Source: Nitrospirota bacterium
Lineage (GTDB): Bacteria; Nitrospirota; Thermodesulfovibrionia; Thermodesulfovibrionales; UBA9159
DNA: 64,000 bases
Assembly: GCA_963699545.1 (NCBI GenBank)
Contig: CAVOUE010000009.1
Span: 1 to 64,000, forward strand
Direction of reading: 5' to 3'
Positions 51,110-59,914 of the stretch are shown here, piece by piece. Position numbers and translations under genes: made by a program. The notes under the pieces are model-generated. The model was not told the origin of the DNA and did no database searches. It saw only the letters and a program-made list of their open reading frames with translations. Each line of letters starts with the position of its first letter. The first letter of the stretch is position 1.

Positions 51110-51751
51110 CTAGAGGTCCTCTTTGATTTTCAAAGCGGCAGCATCAGAAGCGAAAAAACTCTCAGGTGATCGAATGCTCTTCACAAACACCGGCCTCAGG
51201 AATGATACCATATGTCTCACGCGCTGACGAAAGCCCTTTCCCTCGTCAGACTTCATATGTTCCCTGTACTCTTTCAGAAGGTAGGTCATAAAGGACGGGA
51301 AGAGTTTCAGCGTCAATCCCGTGACCGAGAAGAAATCTCTTACCGGTATGCCGATCCTCTCGAGAGGCCGCAGGATGCTTTCCAGCGACCGGAGCATCTC
51401 CTCCAGGGAAAGCACAGCTGTCAACAGCTTTGCAGCCAGGATCATCGAAAAAACCCTCAGAGTCCTGACGCCTGCCATGAGAAGTCCCTCGTCGGTAACG
51501 GACAGAAAACCGCTGCGGTATATGATCTTGCCCGAATGGAAGAAGAGATTCCCGGTGAAGGTAAAGAGGAGGAAGAGGGTTATAGGGAAGAGTCCGCTTC
51601 GCATCTTCCCGGCCGGCAGCGCCACGAGGACAAGAATGAAGATAGCAGCAGCAGCGAATGCGTGGAGGTATATGCCCTGAACAAAAAAAAGGCTTACCAC
51701 AAACACAACGTAGAGCGAGATCATGAGCCGGGGGAACAAGCGGTCTTTCAC
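51110..51751 (-). CDS. Energy-coupling factor transporter transmembrane component (EcfT/CbiQ-like)
   Basis: TM helices, then EGL...LR and L..L..PL...G motifs. Confidence 0.7.
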   Translation of the reverse strand: MKDRLFPRLMISLYVVFVVSLFFVQGIYLHAFAAAAIFILVLVALPAGKMRSGLFPITLFLLFTFTGNLFFHSGKIIYRSGFLSVTDEGLLMAGVRTLRVFSMILAAKLLTAVLSLEEMLRSLESILRPLERIGIPVRDFFSVTGLTLKLFPSFMTYLLKEYREHMKSDEGKGFRQRVRHMVSFLRPVFVKSIRSPESFFASDAAALKIKEDL

Positions 51752-53034
51752 CGCCCTGCAAAAGAAGCCGGGGACGGTCTCGCCTGAACATCTGCGCTGC
51801 GCCGGAGAGCATCACGGCCCCTTCTGTCCTCGTTCTTCACACCAGCCACTTTCTGGACAGGAGCAGATGATGAGAAATATGTCTTTATCCCCGAAGCAAT
51901 CGACTTCGCGATGACAGCCCGGTATGAATCGCTGGCCAGCAGTTTCTCTTCCTCGGGGTTGCTGACAAAGGAGATCTCCGCAAGGATGGAAGGCGGCATC
52001 GAAGCACCCATCAGCACAAAGAACATGGCATGCTTTACCCCCAGGTTAACGGTCTTTGCGTGGACCCTCGCAACGTTGGAATAGAGAGAGCTTTGAACGT
52101 AGTTGGCAAGGGCAACAGACTCATCCCTCTTATGGTCCCTGTTAAGGTCGCTGAGGATCTTGCCGAGATCATCGCTCTTGTACTGGGCCATCTTCTCCTT
52201 CATTCTCTTCAGCGAAACGTAGTTCTCCCGTGCAGCAACTCTTATAGCCTCTTCTTCGTTTGTCCAGTTCTGGAGATAGGTCTCGATCCCTCTCGCCGCT
52301 CTGTTCGGACTTGCATTGGCGTGGATAGAGACAAAGAGGTCCGCCTCTTTCTGAAGTGCGATAAGAGACCTCTCCTCCAGCCGGATAAAGACGTCTCTGT
52401 CTCGTGTGAGAACAACCTCAATATCCGGCTCCGTTGACAGGATCTCTCTGACCTTCAGGGCGACGTCCAGCACAACGTCCTTTTCCTGAAGACCCTTTTT
52501 GCCGACAGCGCCGGGGTCATGGCCGCCGTGGCCGGGGTCAAGGACGACTACTCTCCCGGTAACGACCCGTTTTTCAGGTTTCCTTGCGTTGACGTCGATC
52601 ACCAGCTTGGTGGGGTCATCAAGGATGTACGCATTGAAATCATCCATTGTTTCGAGGTCAAGGACGATCCTCACCGTATCAGGAGCGAACTGCCCTGCTC
52701 TCACCGACTTAAGGATGCCGTCACCGACGGGGAGGTTGTTCTGTATTTTCTTCGAGATGTTTGAATTCTTGAGGTCGAAGTAGAGCCTGTCAGGACCTGA
52801 CAGACGTTTCTTTGTGAATTCCACCGGCTGCGACAGGTCAATAATGACCCTCGTATAGCCGTGAGACGACCAGTAACGGATGTTCTTGATCTCTGCTCGA
52901 TCAGCAGCATCGAGGGGATTTGTGCGGGGAATGAAAACGAGAGAAAAAAAGAGGACGATTCCGAGGCTTCTCCCCAGAGCCGATAAACGGGATGCGTTAC
53001 GCCCTATGATCCCCATGCCCTGTTCTTTGTTCAT
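51748..53034 (-). CDS. N-acetylmuramoyl-L-alanine amidase with AMIN domain (AmiC-like)
   Basis: RLYFDL and RIVLDL AMIN motifs; DPGHGGHDPGA, SIHAN and LAEISFVSN catalytic motifs. Confidence 0.93.
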   Translation of the reverse strand: MNKEQGMGIIGRNASRLSALGRSLGIVLFFSLVFIPRTNPLDAADRAEIKNIRYWSSHGYTRVIIDLSQPVEFTKKRLSGPDRLYFDLKNSNISKKIQNNLPVGDGILKSVRAGQFAPDTVRIVLDLETMDDFNAYILDDPTKLVIDVNARKPEKRVVTGRVVVLDPGHGGHDPGAVGKKGLQEKDVVLDVALKVREILSTEPDIEVVLTRDRDVFIRLEERSLIALQKEADLFVSIHANASPNRAARGIETYLQNWTNEEEAIRVAARENYVSLKRMKEKMAQYKSDDLGKILSDLNRDHKRDESVALANYVQSSLYSNVARVHAKTVNLGVKHAMFFVLMGASMPPSILAEISFVSNPEEEKLLASDSYRAVIAKSIASGIKTYFSSSAPVQKVAGVKNEDRRGRDALRRSADVQARPSPASFAGR

Positions 53035-53252
53035 ACCGAATGAACAGCAGTTATCTCCGGAATCTCTTTCTTAAGATTTGCCTCCACCCAGCTCTTCATG
53101 GTGAGAGAAGACATGGAGCATGTGCCGCAGGCGCCTTTCAGTCGGACGTAGACGACATTGTCTCTTATGTCCACGAGCTCAATGTCGCCCCCCTCGGCCT
53201 TGAGGCCAACCCTAATTTTCTCAAGGACATCTTCAACTTTTTCCCTTAACAT
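53031..53252 (-). CDS. NifU C-terminal domain (NfuA-like) protein
   Basis: EGGDIELV..GACGTC motif. Confidence 0.9.
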   Translation of the reverse strand: MLREKVEDVLEKIRVGLKAEGGDIELVDIRDNVVYVRLKGACGTCSMSSLTMKSWVEANLKKEIPEITAVHSV

Positions 53253-53321
53253 ATTAAACCTGATGTATAATTATATAAAATGCTCTCTGATTATTCAAGT
53301 AATTTCTTTGCTTGCCCTTTT

Positions 53322-54515
53322 TCACTTCCCAAAGGGACAGACCGGATAATTACATGCCTCGCATTTCATGCACAATCCGCCGTGGCCGAGTTCCGCTAGC
53401 TGTCTTCTGCCGATGATTTCCCCGGCAAGGATCCTGGGAAGTACCAGGTCAAAGATCGTTGTCCTGGCATACATGCCGCAGGCCGGAATCCCGAGAATGG
53501 GGATCACTGACGAGTGATGAGTGGTGAGTGGTGAGTTTCCCATACTTTCTTTTGGCTTGTTACTTGTTACTTTCAACTCGTTACTGACGTAAAGGTACGC
53601 CACAAGAAACATGGCCCCCGGCAAGACTGCCGAGCCGTAGGTGACATCGATTGCACCGAGGTTTCCTATCGCGAACCTTGTGACGTCATCAGGGTCAACG
53701 GACATCCCGCCTGTTGTGATGAGCAGGTCCGCACCGGCATTGATCAGCTCTCTCAGCCTTGTCTCAATAAATGATTCGTCGTCAGGCGCGTAGTATGTTC
53801 CGACAATCTCTCCGCCGAATGCCTTTATCTTGTTTGTTATGACCGGTGAAAAGGCGTCCTTCACCCTCCCGTAATATACTTCGTTCCCTGTGATGACCAC
53901 TCCTGCCCGCGGCTTCCTGATCTCTTTCACATGAATAACTTTACCGGCCTTCTCACCAATGCTGACAGCCGCCTGGACAATGTCCTTTCTTACGGTCAGG
54001 GGAACCGCCCTCGTGCCGGCAATGGTCTGTCCTTTCTTCACTACAGTATTGTTATGGAGTGTTGCGCACATGACTTCGCCCAGCATGTTGAACGCGAGGA
54101 GCGCATCTTTATCTATTCTAAGAAGCCCGTCTGCCTCAGCGATGATGTTTATCTTGCCTTCCTTCGGTTCCCCTCTTATACCCACACCCTCTCCCATGAG
54201 GGCATTCGCAAGAGCATAGGCTGCATCGTCTTCGTGCATCTCATCATCTGCGATATTCAGGACAAAGAGATTTTCCTTACCGAGCCTCTGGAGATGGCAT
54301 ACATCCTCCTCCCTGATCACATGCCCTTTCTTAAAGGCCCGTCCCTTGAACTCTCCCGGCCGTATCTCGGTTATGTCATGGGCCAGGACTGTGCCCACCG
54401 CCTCGGTCACCGGAATACGCCCGGAAGTCTGGAAGGTTGGAAGTTCAGAAGTCTTTGGGTCCATTGCTTCCGTGCTTCCGCTCCTTTGCCCTTCTGCCCT
54501 TTCGCTCTCACACAT
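53322..54515 (-). CDS. Molybdopterin-binding (MoeA/MogA-like) protein
   Basis: HDITEI..FKKGH, TGNEV, TGGMSVDPDD, LPGAMF and C-terminal GGLC..C..C.YP.CPFGK. Confidence 0.88.
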   Translation of the reverse strand: MCESERAEGQRSGSTEAMDPKTSELPTFQTSGRIPVTEAVGTVLAHDITEIRPGEFKGRAFKKGHVIREEDVCHLQRLGKENLFVLNIADDEMHEDDAAYALANALMGEGVGIRGEPKEGKINIIAEADGLLRIDKDALLAFNMLGEVMCATLHNNTVVKKGQTIAGTRAVPLTVRKDIVQAAVSIGEKAGKVIHVKEIRKPRAGVVITGNEVYYGRVKDAFSPVITNKIKAFGGEIVGTYYAPDDESFIETRLRELINAGADLLITTGGMSVDPDDVTRFAIGNLGAIDVTYGSAVLPGAMFLVAYLYVSNELKVTSNKPKESMGNSPLTTHHSSVIPILGIPACGMYARTTIFDLVLPRILAGEIIGRRQLAELGHGGLCMKCEACNYPVCPFGK

Positions 54516-54526
54516 AAAAACCTCCT

Positions 54527-55501
54527 CTATGATCCTTTTGCCATGAATATTTTGTCGAATCGCTCATCGACCAGCTCCTGCATCCCTTTCTCCAGGGCTT
54601 CGTAATTCTTCAGGAATTTTCGCGCATCTTCGGTCAGGACCGCTCCGCCACCGTTTTTTCCGCCTGTCTGCCGCTCGACCAGCTTCATGCCGAGCCTTTC
54701 TTCCATAGCCTTTATATATCCCCAGGCCTTCCTGTAAGAGATATTTATCTCCTTTGCGGCCCGGTTTATGGAACCATGCTTGTCGATCGCCCTGAGCAAA
54801 TACCTTCTGCCCTTCCCGAAGACGGGCTCGCCGTTCATTTCTATCCAGAGCTTGGATCTGATCTCCATACCGCTATGACTACCTTGCATAACGGGCGGCG
54901 AAAAAAAAGTCTTCCGGGTCGCGTAATAACTTCCCTCGTCGCATGACTTGCAGAGCACCTTGCCGCTCCTATGGACTTCTCTCTTATCCTGAACATGTTC
55001 TCCACATGCATCACATTTGATGCGTCGCATCGGTCTTCCCGGCATATCCTCAGGTTTAAGCTCTACGCACACTTCCATCATGTCAAAGAGCTCGCCGTCA
55101 GGCATTATCTTGTATGCTTCGATCTGGGCGGCGTATTTGTCTTCCGTCTTATTCTGACAGGCCTTTGCCTTTTCCCTGGCCTCTTCCCTTCCGATGATCC
55201 TGACCGCTTTCCCTGTCTTCAGGTCCACAAAGGTCGCAGCCATCTTTCCGTAATCCAGGAACTTCATTGTCCTGTGTCCAAGACTGCAACCCGTGACGGA
55301 CTGAATGGCGTCGGTTGCACACCGGTCCATCTCGACGAACACGATGAGGCTCTTTTTGTCCTTCCCCTTCGGATCCGTGATCCCGATCTCCCGCAGCCCG
55401 AGGATGGACATCCTTACCCCGAGCACCTGGCCCGGACACAGATGGCCGTGAATCTTGGTCGATTCTTTCAGCAGCAGCTCAAAATCCATAACTCCAAACA
55501 C
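54527..55501 (-). CDS. FmdE/FwdE-family protein with Zn finger, fused to a C-terminal ModE-type winged HTH
   Basis: HGHLCPG, CATDA, CDACGE..CKSC, then SKLWIE....FGKGR..LL.AI...GSI..AA....SYRKAW....ME. Confidence 0.85.
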   Translation of the reverse strand: MFGVMDFELLLKESTKIHGHLCPGQVLGVRMSILGLREIGITDPKGKDKKSLIVFVEMDRCATDAIQSVTGCSLGHRTMKFLDYGKMAATFVDLKTGKAVRIIGREEAREKAKACQNKTEDKYAAQIEAYKIMPDGELFDMMEVCVELKPEDMPGRPMRRIKCDACGEHVQDKREVHRSGKVLCKSCDEGSYYATRKTFFSPPVMQGSHSGMEIRSKLWIEMNGEPVFGKGRRYLLRAIDKHGSINRAAKEINISYRKAWGYIKAMEERLGMKLVERQTGGKNGGGAVLTEDARKFLKNYEALEKGMQELVDERFDKIFMAKGS

Positions 55502-55566
55502 TCTCTTGCCTTATTGATATTTAATACTACCATACCACCTGGAAATGTAAATGTTCCGTTCATCGG

Positions 55567-56178
55567 CTATTTCAAGAACGAAAGGAAAGAAGCCGTCGCC
55601 CTTGACAATTCCCGGTAAAGCAGTAAAACGGCTGCATCTTCCATATCGCGTGCAAAATTAGGAAGCCACTCCATCAGGTGCTCCCTGATGAATTTGTCAG
55701 CTATCTTAACGTAATGATCTCTGTTCCCTGTCTCGTCACTTATCCTTTGGAACAGTATGGCCAGAAAATTCAGTTCGGCCCCAATGTGGTCGGGCATTAC
55801 GTCGGCCGAATTGACCGTTAAGCCAGTTTCGCGGTAAAGGTCCAGAACCTCATCGGCCGCTGTCTGCATCATCAGTCCTTTCGGAGATGTATAAACGGAT
55901 TCCCAAGGCGGACACGGCAATTTGTAGGGCCCTATAAAAAGCCGCGTATATTCCCACAGGAGGTCCTCCATCTCCTGCTCGGATGCTGGGTCTATCTCGT
56001 CGACCGCCTTTTTCAGGTCATGCATGAAGATCGCGGCATCATCAGCGAGCAGCCTTTTCCAGTTTTCTACAGCTTCTTTCGAAGGTTTGCACAAGTACAT
56101 GTTGCTCATCAGGTTAAGCGCCATTGCCGGACTCATCATCGTAATAACCATAATAACCTCTGCATGGGAGAGCGGCAC
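55567..56178 (-). CDS. TorD/DmsD-family molybdoenzyme chaperone
   Basis: YTRLFIGP, PPWESVY and PDHIGAEL motifs. Confidence 0.9.
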   Translation of the reverse strand: MPLSHAEVIMVITMMSPAMALNLMSNMYLCKPSKEAVENWKRLLADDAAIFMHDLKKAVDEIDPASEQEMEDLLWEYTRLFIGPYKLPCPPWESVYTSPKGLMMQTAADEVLDLYRETGLTVNSADVMPDHIGAELNFLAILFQRISDETGNRDHYVKIADKFIREHLMEWLPNFARDMEDAAVLLLYRELSRATASFLSFLK

Positions 56179-56203
56179 AAGGCCGCTCTCCCATGGACTC
56201 TTT

Positions 56204-56779
56204 TCATTTGTTCTCGGAGAATCTCACCGACGGGATCGTCATCTTTGGATCTGAAAACGCCGGCAACCTGTCCTTGAGAGGTCTTCTGTATATCTCAGGG
56301 GGTGTCTTCTGAGCCTCGATGTCCGACATTTTCCCATGCCACAAGGCATACCCCGGGCAGGTTCTCACACAAGCCGGTGGTAAACCTTCCTTCAGTCTGT
56401 GAATGCAAAGCGTGCATTTGTCCATTTTCTTCTTTTTCTCATCAAAGGTCGGCGCTCCGTAAGGACATGCAGCAGCACAGCGCTTGCAGCCTATGCACTT
56501 GTCCTGGTTGATCAGGACAACGCCGAACTCCGGCTCCTTTGTTATTGCCTGAGACGGACAGGCTTTCATGCACGCAGGCTCAGTGCAATGATTGCAGGCT
56601 GTGGAGAGATACCTGACCTTGGTATTGGGATACTTACCATCTTCTTTTATGATGACTCTCCTGCGCCTCACTCCTATAGGCAAATCAAATTCCTGCTTGC
56701 ATCCCGCTTCACAGGCCCTGCATGCGATGCAATTATTCTCGTTGTAATACCAACCTACCTGTTTTGGATTCTTTGCCAT
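56204..56779 (-). CDS. 4x[4Fe-4S] electron-transfer subunit (DmsB/PsrB-like)
   Basis: CIACRAC, CNHCTEPAC, CIGCKRCAAACPY and KCTLC..PACV..C motifs. Confidence 0.93.
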   Translation of the reverse strand: MAKNPKQVGWYYNENNCIACRACEAGCKQEFDLPIGVRRRRVIIKEDGKYPNTKVRYLSTACNHCTEPACMKACPSQAITKEPEFGVVLINQDKCIGCKRCAAACPYGAPTFDEKKKKMDKCTLCIHRLKEGLPPACVRTCPGYALWHGKMSDIEAQKTPPEIYRRPLKDRLPAFSDPKMTIPSVRFSENK

Positions 56780-56792
56780 GTTTATAACCTCC

Positions 56793-59288
56793 CTATACCT
56801 TCACCAGCTTGACGCCGATCTCTTTGTGGACCGCCATGCCGGAGAACTTCTCCGCCTTGCCGGGCAAGAACTGTCCGTCATTGGTCCCCGCAGGAGACCA
56901 TGCATTGATTTTATTTAAGGATCCCTTCGCCACCTTGCCGAAGCCCCAGTGTCCATAGCCGTGCTGGAGTGCGACCACCTCGGGATGTATCCTTTCCGTC
57001 ACCTGAACGGTGCCCTTGGCCTTCGCAAAGGGAGATTCAATCCAGACGGCGTCCCCATCCTTGAGCCCGAGTTTGGCCGCCGTTGCCGAATTGATGAGCA
57101 GCGGATTGTCAGGTTTCATCTCCATCAGATAATCGTTATTGAAGGTCCTCGAATGGGTATGCTCGTTCTGCTTGAAATTGACGAGATACAGCGGGAATTC
57201 GGAAGTCGGCTTGTCTTCGGGGTCGCTATACTCGGGAAGGCCGCTGTATTTATGCTTCTTCAGAAAGGCAGAAGTAACTTCGAGCTTTCTCGTCGGAGTA
57301 TCAAAGCCCTTCATGATTTTGTCGCCGATCTTTACGCCGACTGCCTTGCCGTCCTTGTCCTTGACAACACCCGTCTTTTCATCGACAATGCCGCCTTCGG
57401 GCATCTTCACTTCCTTTCTGAACTTCTCATACTCGGTCTTGCCGCTCATGGCGAGGGTCGATTTCTTGTACGCCTCCCAGTCCTGCTCTTTGGCATATGC
57501 GGTCGGTTTATACTCATCTGCATAATAGGCGTCATAGGAATGCTCGGTAGGGGCATACCCTTTCTTGTCCTTCATGCCAAGTTTCTTCATTACTGCCATC
57601 CAGAACTCTACCTCGGTGAGGCCGTTAATGACCGACTTCACAACTGGCTTTCTCAGGCCAAGCACAGGCCATGTGACCCAGTATCCGGTAAAGTCGTACC
57701 TCTCAAGATACACTGAGCCCGGGATAACTATGTCCGCAAGTTCTGCCGTCTCGCTCATATGTGTGTCGTTTACGACCACATATTCGAGCTTCTTTATGAA
57801 GTCCACATTCTTCTTCGTGTTCGGAACTGACATGACAAAATTCTGATATACGAAAACACCTGCCTTCGGTACTCCCGAGCCCTGGGATGATTCCTTACCG
57901 TTCAGGACTACGTCTCTGGTCTCGACATAAATGCCTGAGCCGTGACCGAGGATGTATTTGGTTCCTTTGCCGTCAACCCTCGGTTTCTTAAGGGAAGGCG
58001 CATCGTAGTCGAGACTATGATGTTTGTTGCCTATCTTACTTGGCTCCATCATAGTACCCGGTTTGTCGATCATTCCGAGCAAAGCTGGAAGAACCGTAAT
58101 GGCATATCCCCCCAGGGTCGCGTTCGTGTGATGCCCTGGCCCGCTCCATGTATCGATACAAACTGGTTTTCCGGTCTTTGCCAACTCTCCCATCTCGGTG
58201 GCTATTTGTTCAATAGTCCTGGCCGAGACAGATGTGATCTTCTCTGCCCATTCAGGCGTCTTATCTGCAACAAATTTCGCATATTCATCAAAACCGACGC
58301 ACCATTCATCGATGAAGGCCTTGTTGACAAGGTTCTTCTTGATCAGGACATGACCAATGGCGAGAGCCATTGCACCGTCTGTCCCGGGTCTCAGCGGCAC
58401 CCACTGGTCTGCCTTTGCCGCCGTTTGGCTGCAGAAGGGATCAACATAAACCATCCTTGCACCCTTCGCCCTGCCCCTGTTCCATATGCCCGGCAGGAGG
58501 ATCCACTTTGTTGCTCCCAGGAGGTTCCAGCCGAATACTAGGGCATACGAGGTGTCTTCAAAATCCGCAAGGGGACGTTCATTTCCCATGACCAGTTTAA
58601 ATGAAGCCTTTCTCGCAACGTCACAGAGGTTGGCATGATTATGGTAATTGGGAGTGCCGTACATCTTGCAGAAGTCCTGCTGGATATGAGTAAAGCAGTG
58701 GTCTTCGCTGAACCATGCAAGACTCTCCGCACCGTGCTTATCCTTTATCTTCTGAAGATTGTCTGCAACCTGGTTGATTGCCTCTTCCCATGAGATTGCC
58801 TTCCATTTGCCGCTGCCTCTCTCACCGACTCTGACCATAGGGGTTTTCAGCCTGTCAGGATCATAGAGGGATCTCAGCCCTGAGTTGCCTTTCGAACAGA
58901 GCCTGCCTGCGGCGTCGTTATCCTTATACATGGCGCCCAGCTTTTTAACTACCTTGTCGAAATTTGTCGAAATATTGGCAATGTTGTTAGGGTTGGCAAT
59001 ACCCTCGATCTTTACCGCCCTACCGTTGACAACCTTGACTTTGATGCCGGACTGACCACCGCACATATTGCAGTTACTGTAAATCCATTCACCCTCTTTA
59101 AGGCTTTTCTCCTGTGCGCTCGCTTCTCTGAAAAGACCGAGTTTCTCGTCCCAGAGAATGCCGCTGGCTATCGCAGCACCTGCTAGCGCCGACGACCATT
59201 TCAGGAAAGTCCGCCGCGTGAACTGCTTTCCTGTAGCACCTTCAAACAGACTCTTTTCTTCTTCGGTTATATCTCTTCTTTCGCTCAT
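56793..59288 (-). CDS. Tat-exported Mo/W-bisPGD oxidoreductase catalytic subunit (PsrA/PhsA/SrrA/ArrA-related)
   Basis: TRRTFLK Tat motif; CNMCGGQS..LCSKG; GTPNYHNHANLCD (Cys ligand); HTHSRT; HGYGH. Confidence 0.9.
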   Translation of the reverse strand: MSERRDITEEEKSLFEGATGKQFTRRTFLKWSSALAGAAIASGILWDEKLGLFREASAQEKSLKEGEWIYSNCNMCGGQSGIKVKVVNGRAVKIEGIANPNNIANISTNFDKVVKKLGAMYKDNDAAGRLCSKGNSGLRSLYDPDRLKTPMVRVGERGSGKWKAISWEEAINQVADNLQKIKDKHGAESLAWFSEDHCFTHIQQDFCKMYGTPNYHNHANLCDVARKASFKLVMGNERPLADFEDTSYALVFGWNLLGATKWILLPGIWNRGRAKGARMVYVDPFCSQTAAKADQWVPLRPGTDGAMALAIGHVLIKKNLVNKAFIDEWCVGFDEYAKFVADKTPEWAEKITSVSARTIEQIATEMGELAKTGKPVCIDTWSGPGHHTNATLGGYAITVLPALLGMIDKPGTMMEPSKIGNKHHSLDYDAPSLKKPRVDGKGTKYILGHGSGIYVETRDVVLNGKESSQGSGVPKAGVFVYQNFVMSVPNTKKNVDFIKKLEYVVVNDTHMSETAELADIVIPGSVYLERYDFTGYWVTWPVLGLRKPVVKSVINGLTEVEFWMAVMKKLGMKDKKGYAPTEHSYDAYYADEYKPTAYAKEQDWEAYKKSTLAMSGKTEYEKFRKEVKMPEGGIVDEKTGVVKDKDGKAVGVKIGDKIMKGFDTPTRKLEVTSAFLKKHKYSGLPEYSDPEDKPTSEFPLYLVNFKQNEHTHSRTFNNDYLMEMKPDNPLLINSATAAKLGLKDGDAVWIESPFAKAKGTVQVTERIHPEVVALQHGYGHWGFGKVAKGSLNKINAWSPAGTNDGQFLPGKAEKFSGMAVHKEIGVKLVKV

Positions 59289-59302
59289 TCTGTTTCCTCC
59301 TC

Positions 59303-59656
59303 TTATTGTGCAAATAAGACTTTGGCGCCTTTTACCCCGCCACTGTGGCATCCGGCACAAAGCTGCGAGTCGACCTGTTTCCTCAATGCAGCTGCGGAAC
59401 CGTCTCTCAAATCAATTGACTTGTGACAGTCCGAGCACTGCTTCGGCGTTGCAAGCTTGGATTCAAGGTGTACCCTGTGAAAGGTCTTGAACTTCTTGTT
59501 CGCGGACACGTCTTTCTTGATGTTGCCGTGGCAGGCCAGACACTCCTTCGTGCTCACCTTGCCGGCATTCTTATGTAGGTCAATGAGATTCTTCTCGTCC
59601 GCTCCGGCAGCTGAAGCAAACAATAAAACCAGGCAGACAATCAAAGCCTTCTTCAT
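59303..59656 (-). CDS. Periplasmic triheme cytochrome c
   Basis: Signal peptide and three CxxCH motifs (CLACH, CSDCH, CAGCH). Confidence 0.9.
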   Translation of the reverse strand: MKKALIVCLVLLFASAAGADEKNLIDLHKNAGKVSTKECLACHGNIKKDVSANKKFKTFHRVHLESKLATPKQCSDCHKSIDLRDGSAAALRKQVDSQLCAGCHSGGVKGAKVLFAQ

Positions 59657-59738
59657 ATTCCTCCTCCTTTCGTTCTTTTTCACGTCCTATTTTTCTCACC
59701 TCATCAATTTTTTTGCATGATAGAACCCTTCTATTAGT

Positions 59739-59754
59739 TACAACTTTCTTGCCA
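59739..59754 (-). promoter_or_regulatory. Putative sigma54 (-24/-12) promoter
   Basis: Minus strand TGGCAAGAAAGTTGTA (TGGC-N7-TTGT), directly downstream of an NtrC-family gene. Confidence 0.6.
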
Positions 59755-59793
59755 GTTGTAACGTATTGATTTGTTGGAATTATTTCTCGGGGA

Positions 59794-59898
59794 GTGTTAC
59801 GAAAAGGAAACACCCAAAAGGTGTTACCGCTAACTAATTGACTTGATTATGTTTTTTCGTGAAGGGCAAAAAGGAGTGCCGTTACTTTTCTGTAACAC
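59794..59898. promoter_or_regulatory. Putative enhancer (UAS) palindromes
   Basis: GTGTTAC-N6-GAAACAC (59794-59813), GTTAC-N6-GTAACAC (59881-59898) and a half site GTGTTAC at 59821. Confidence 0.55.
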
Positions 59899-59914
59899 TT
59901 ACCAATAGCAGATG

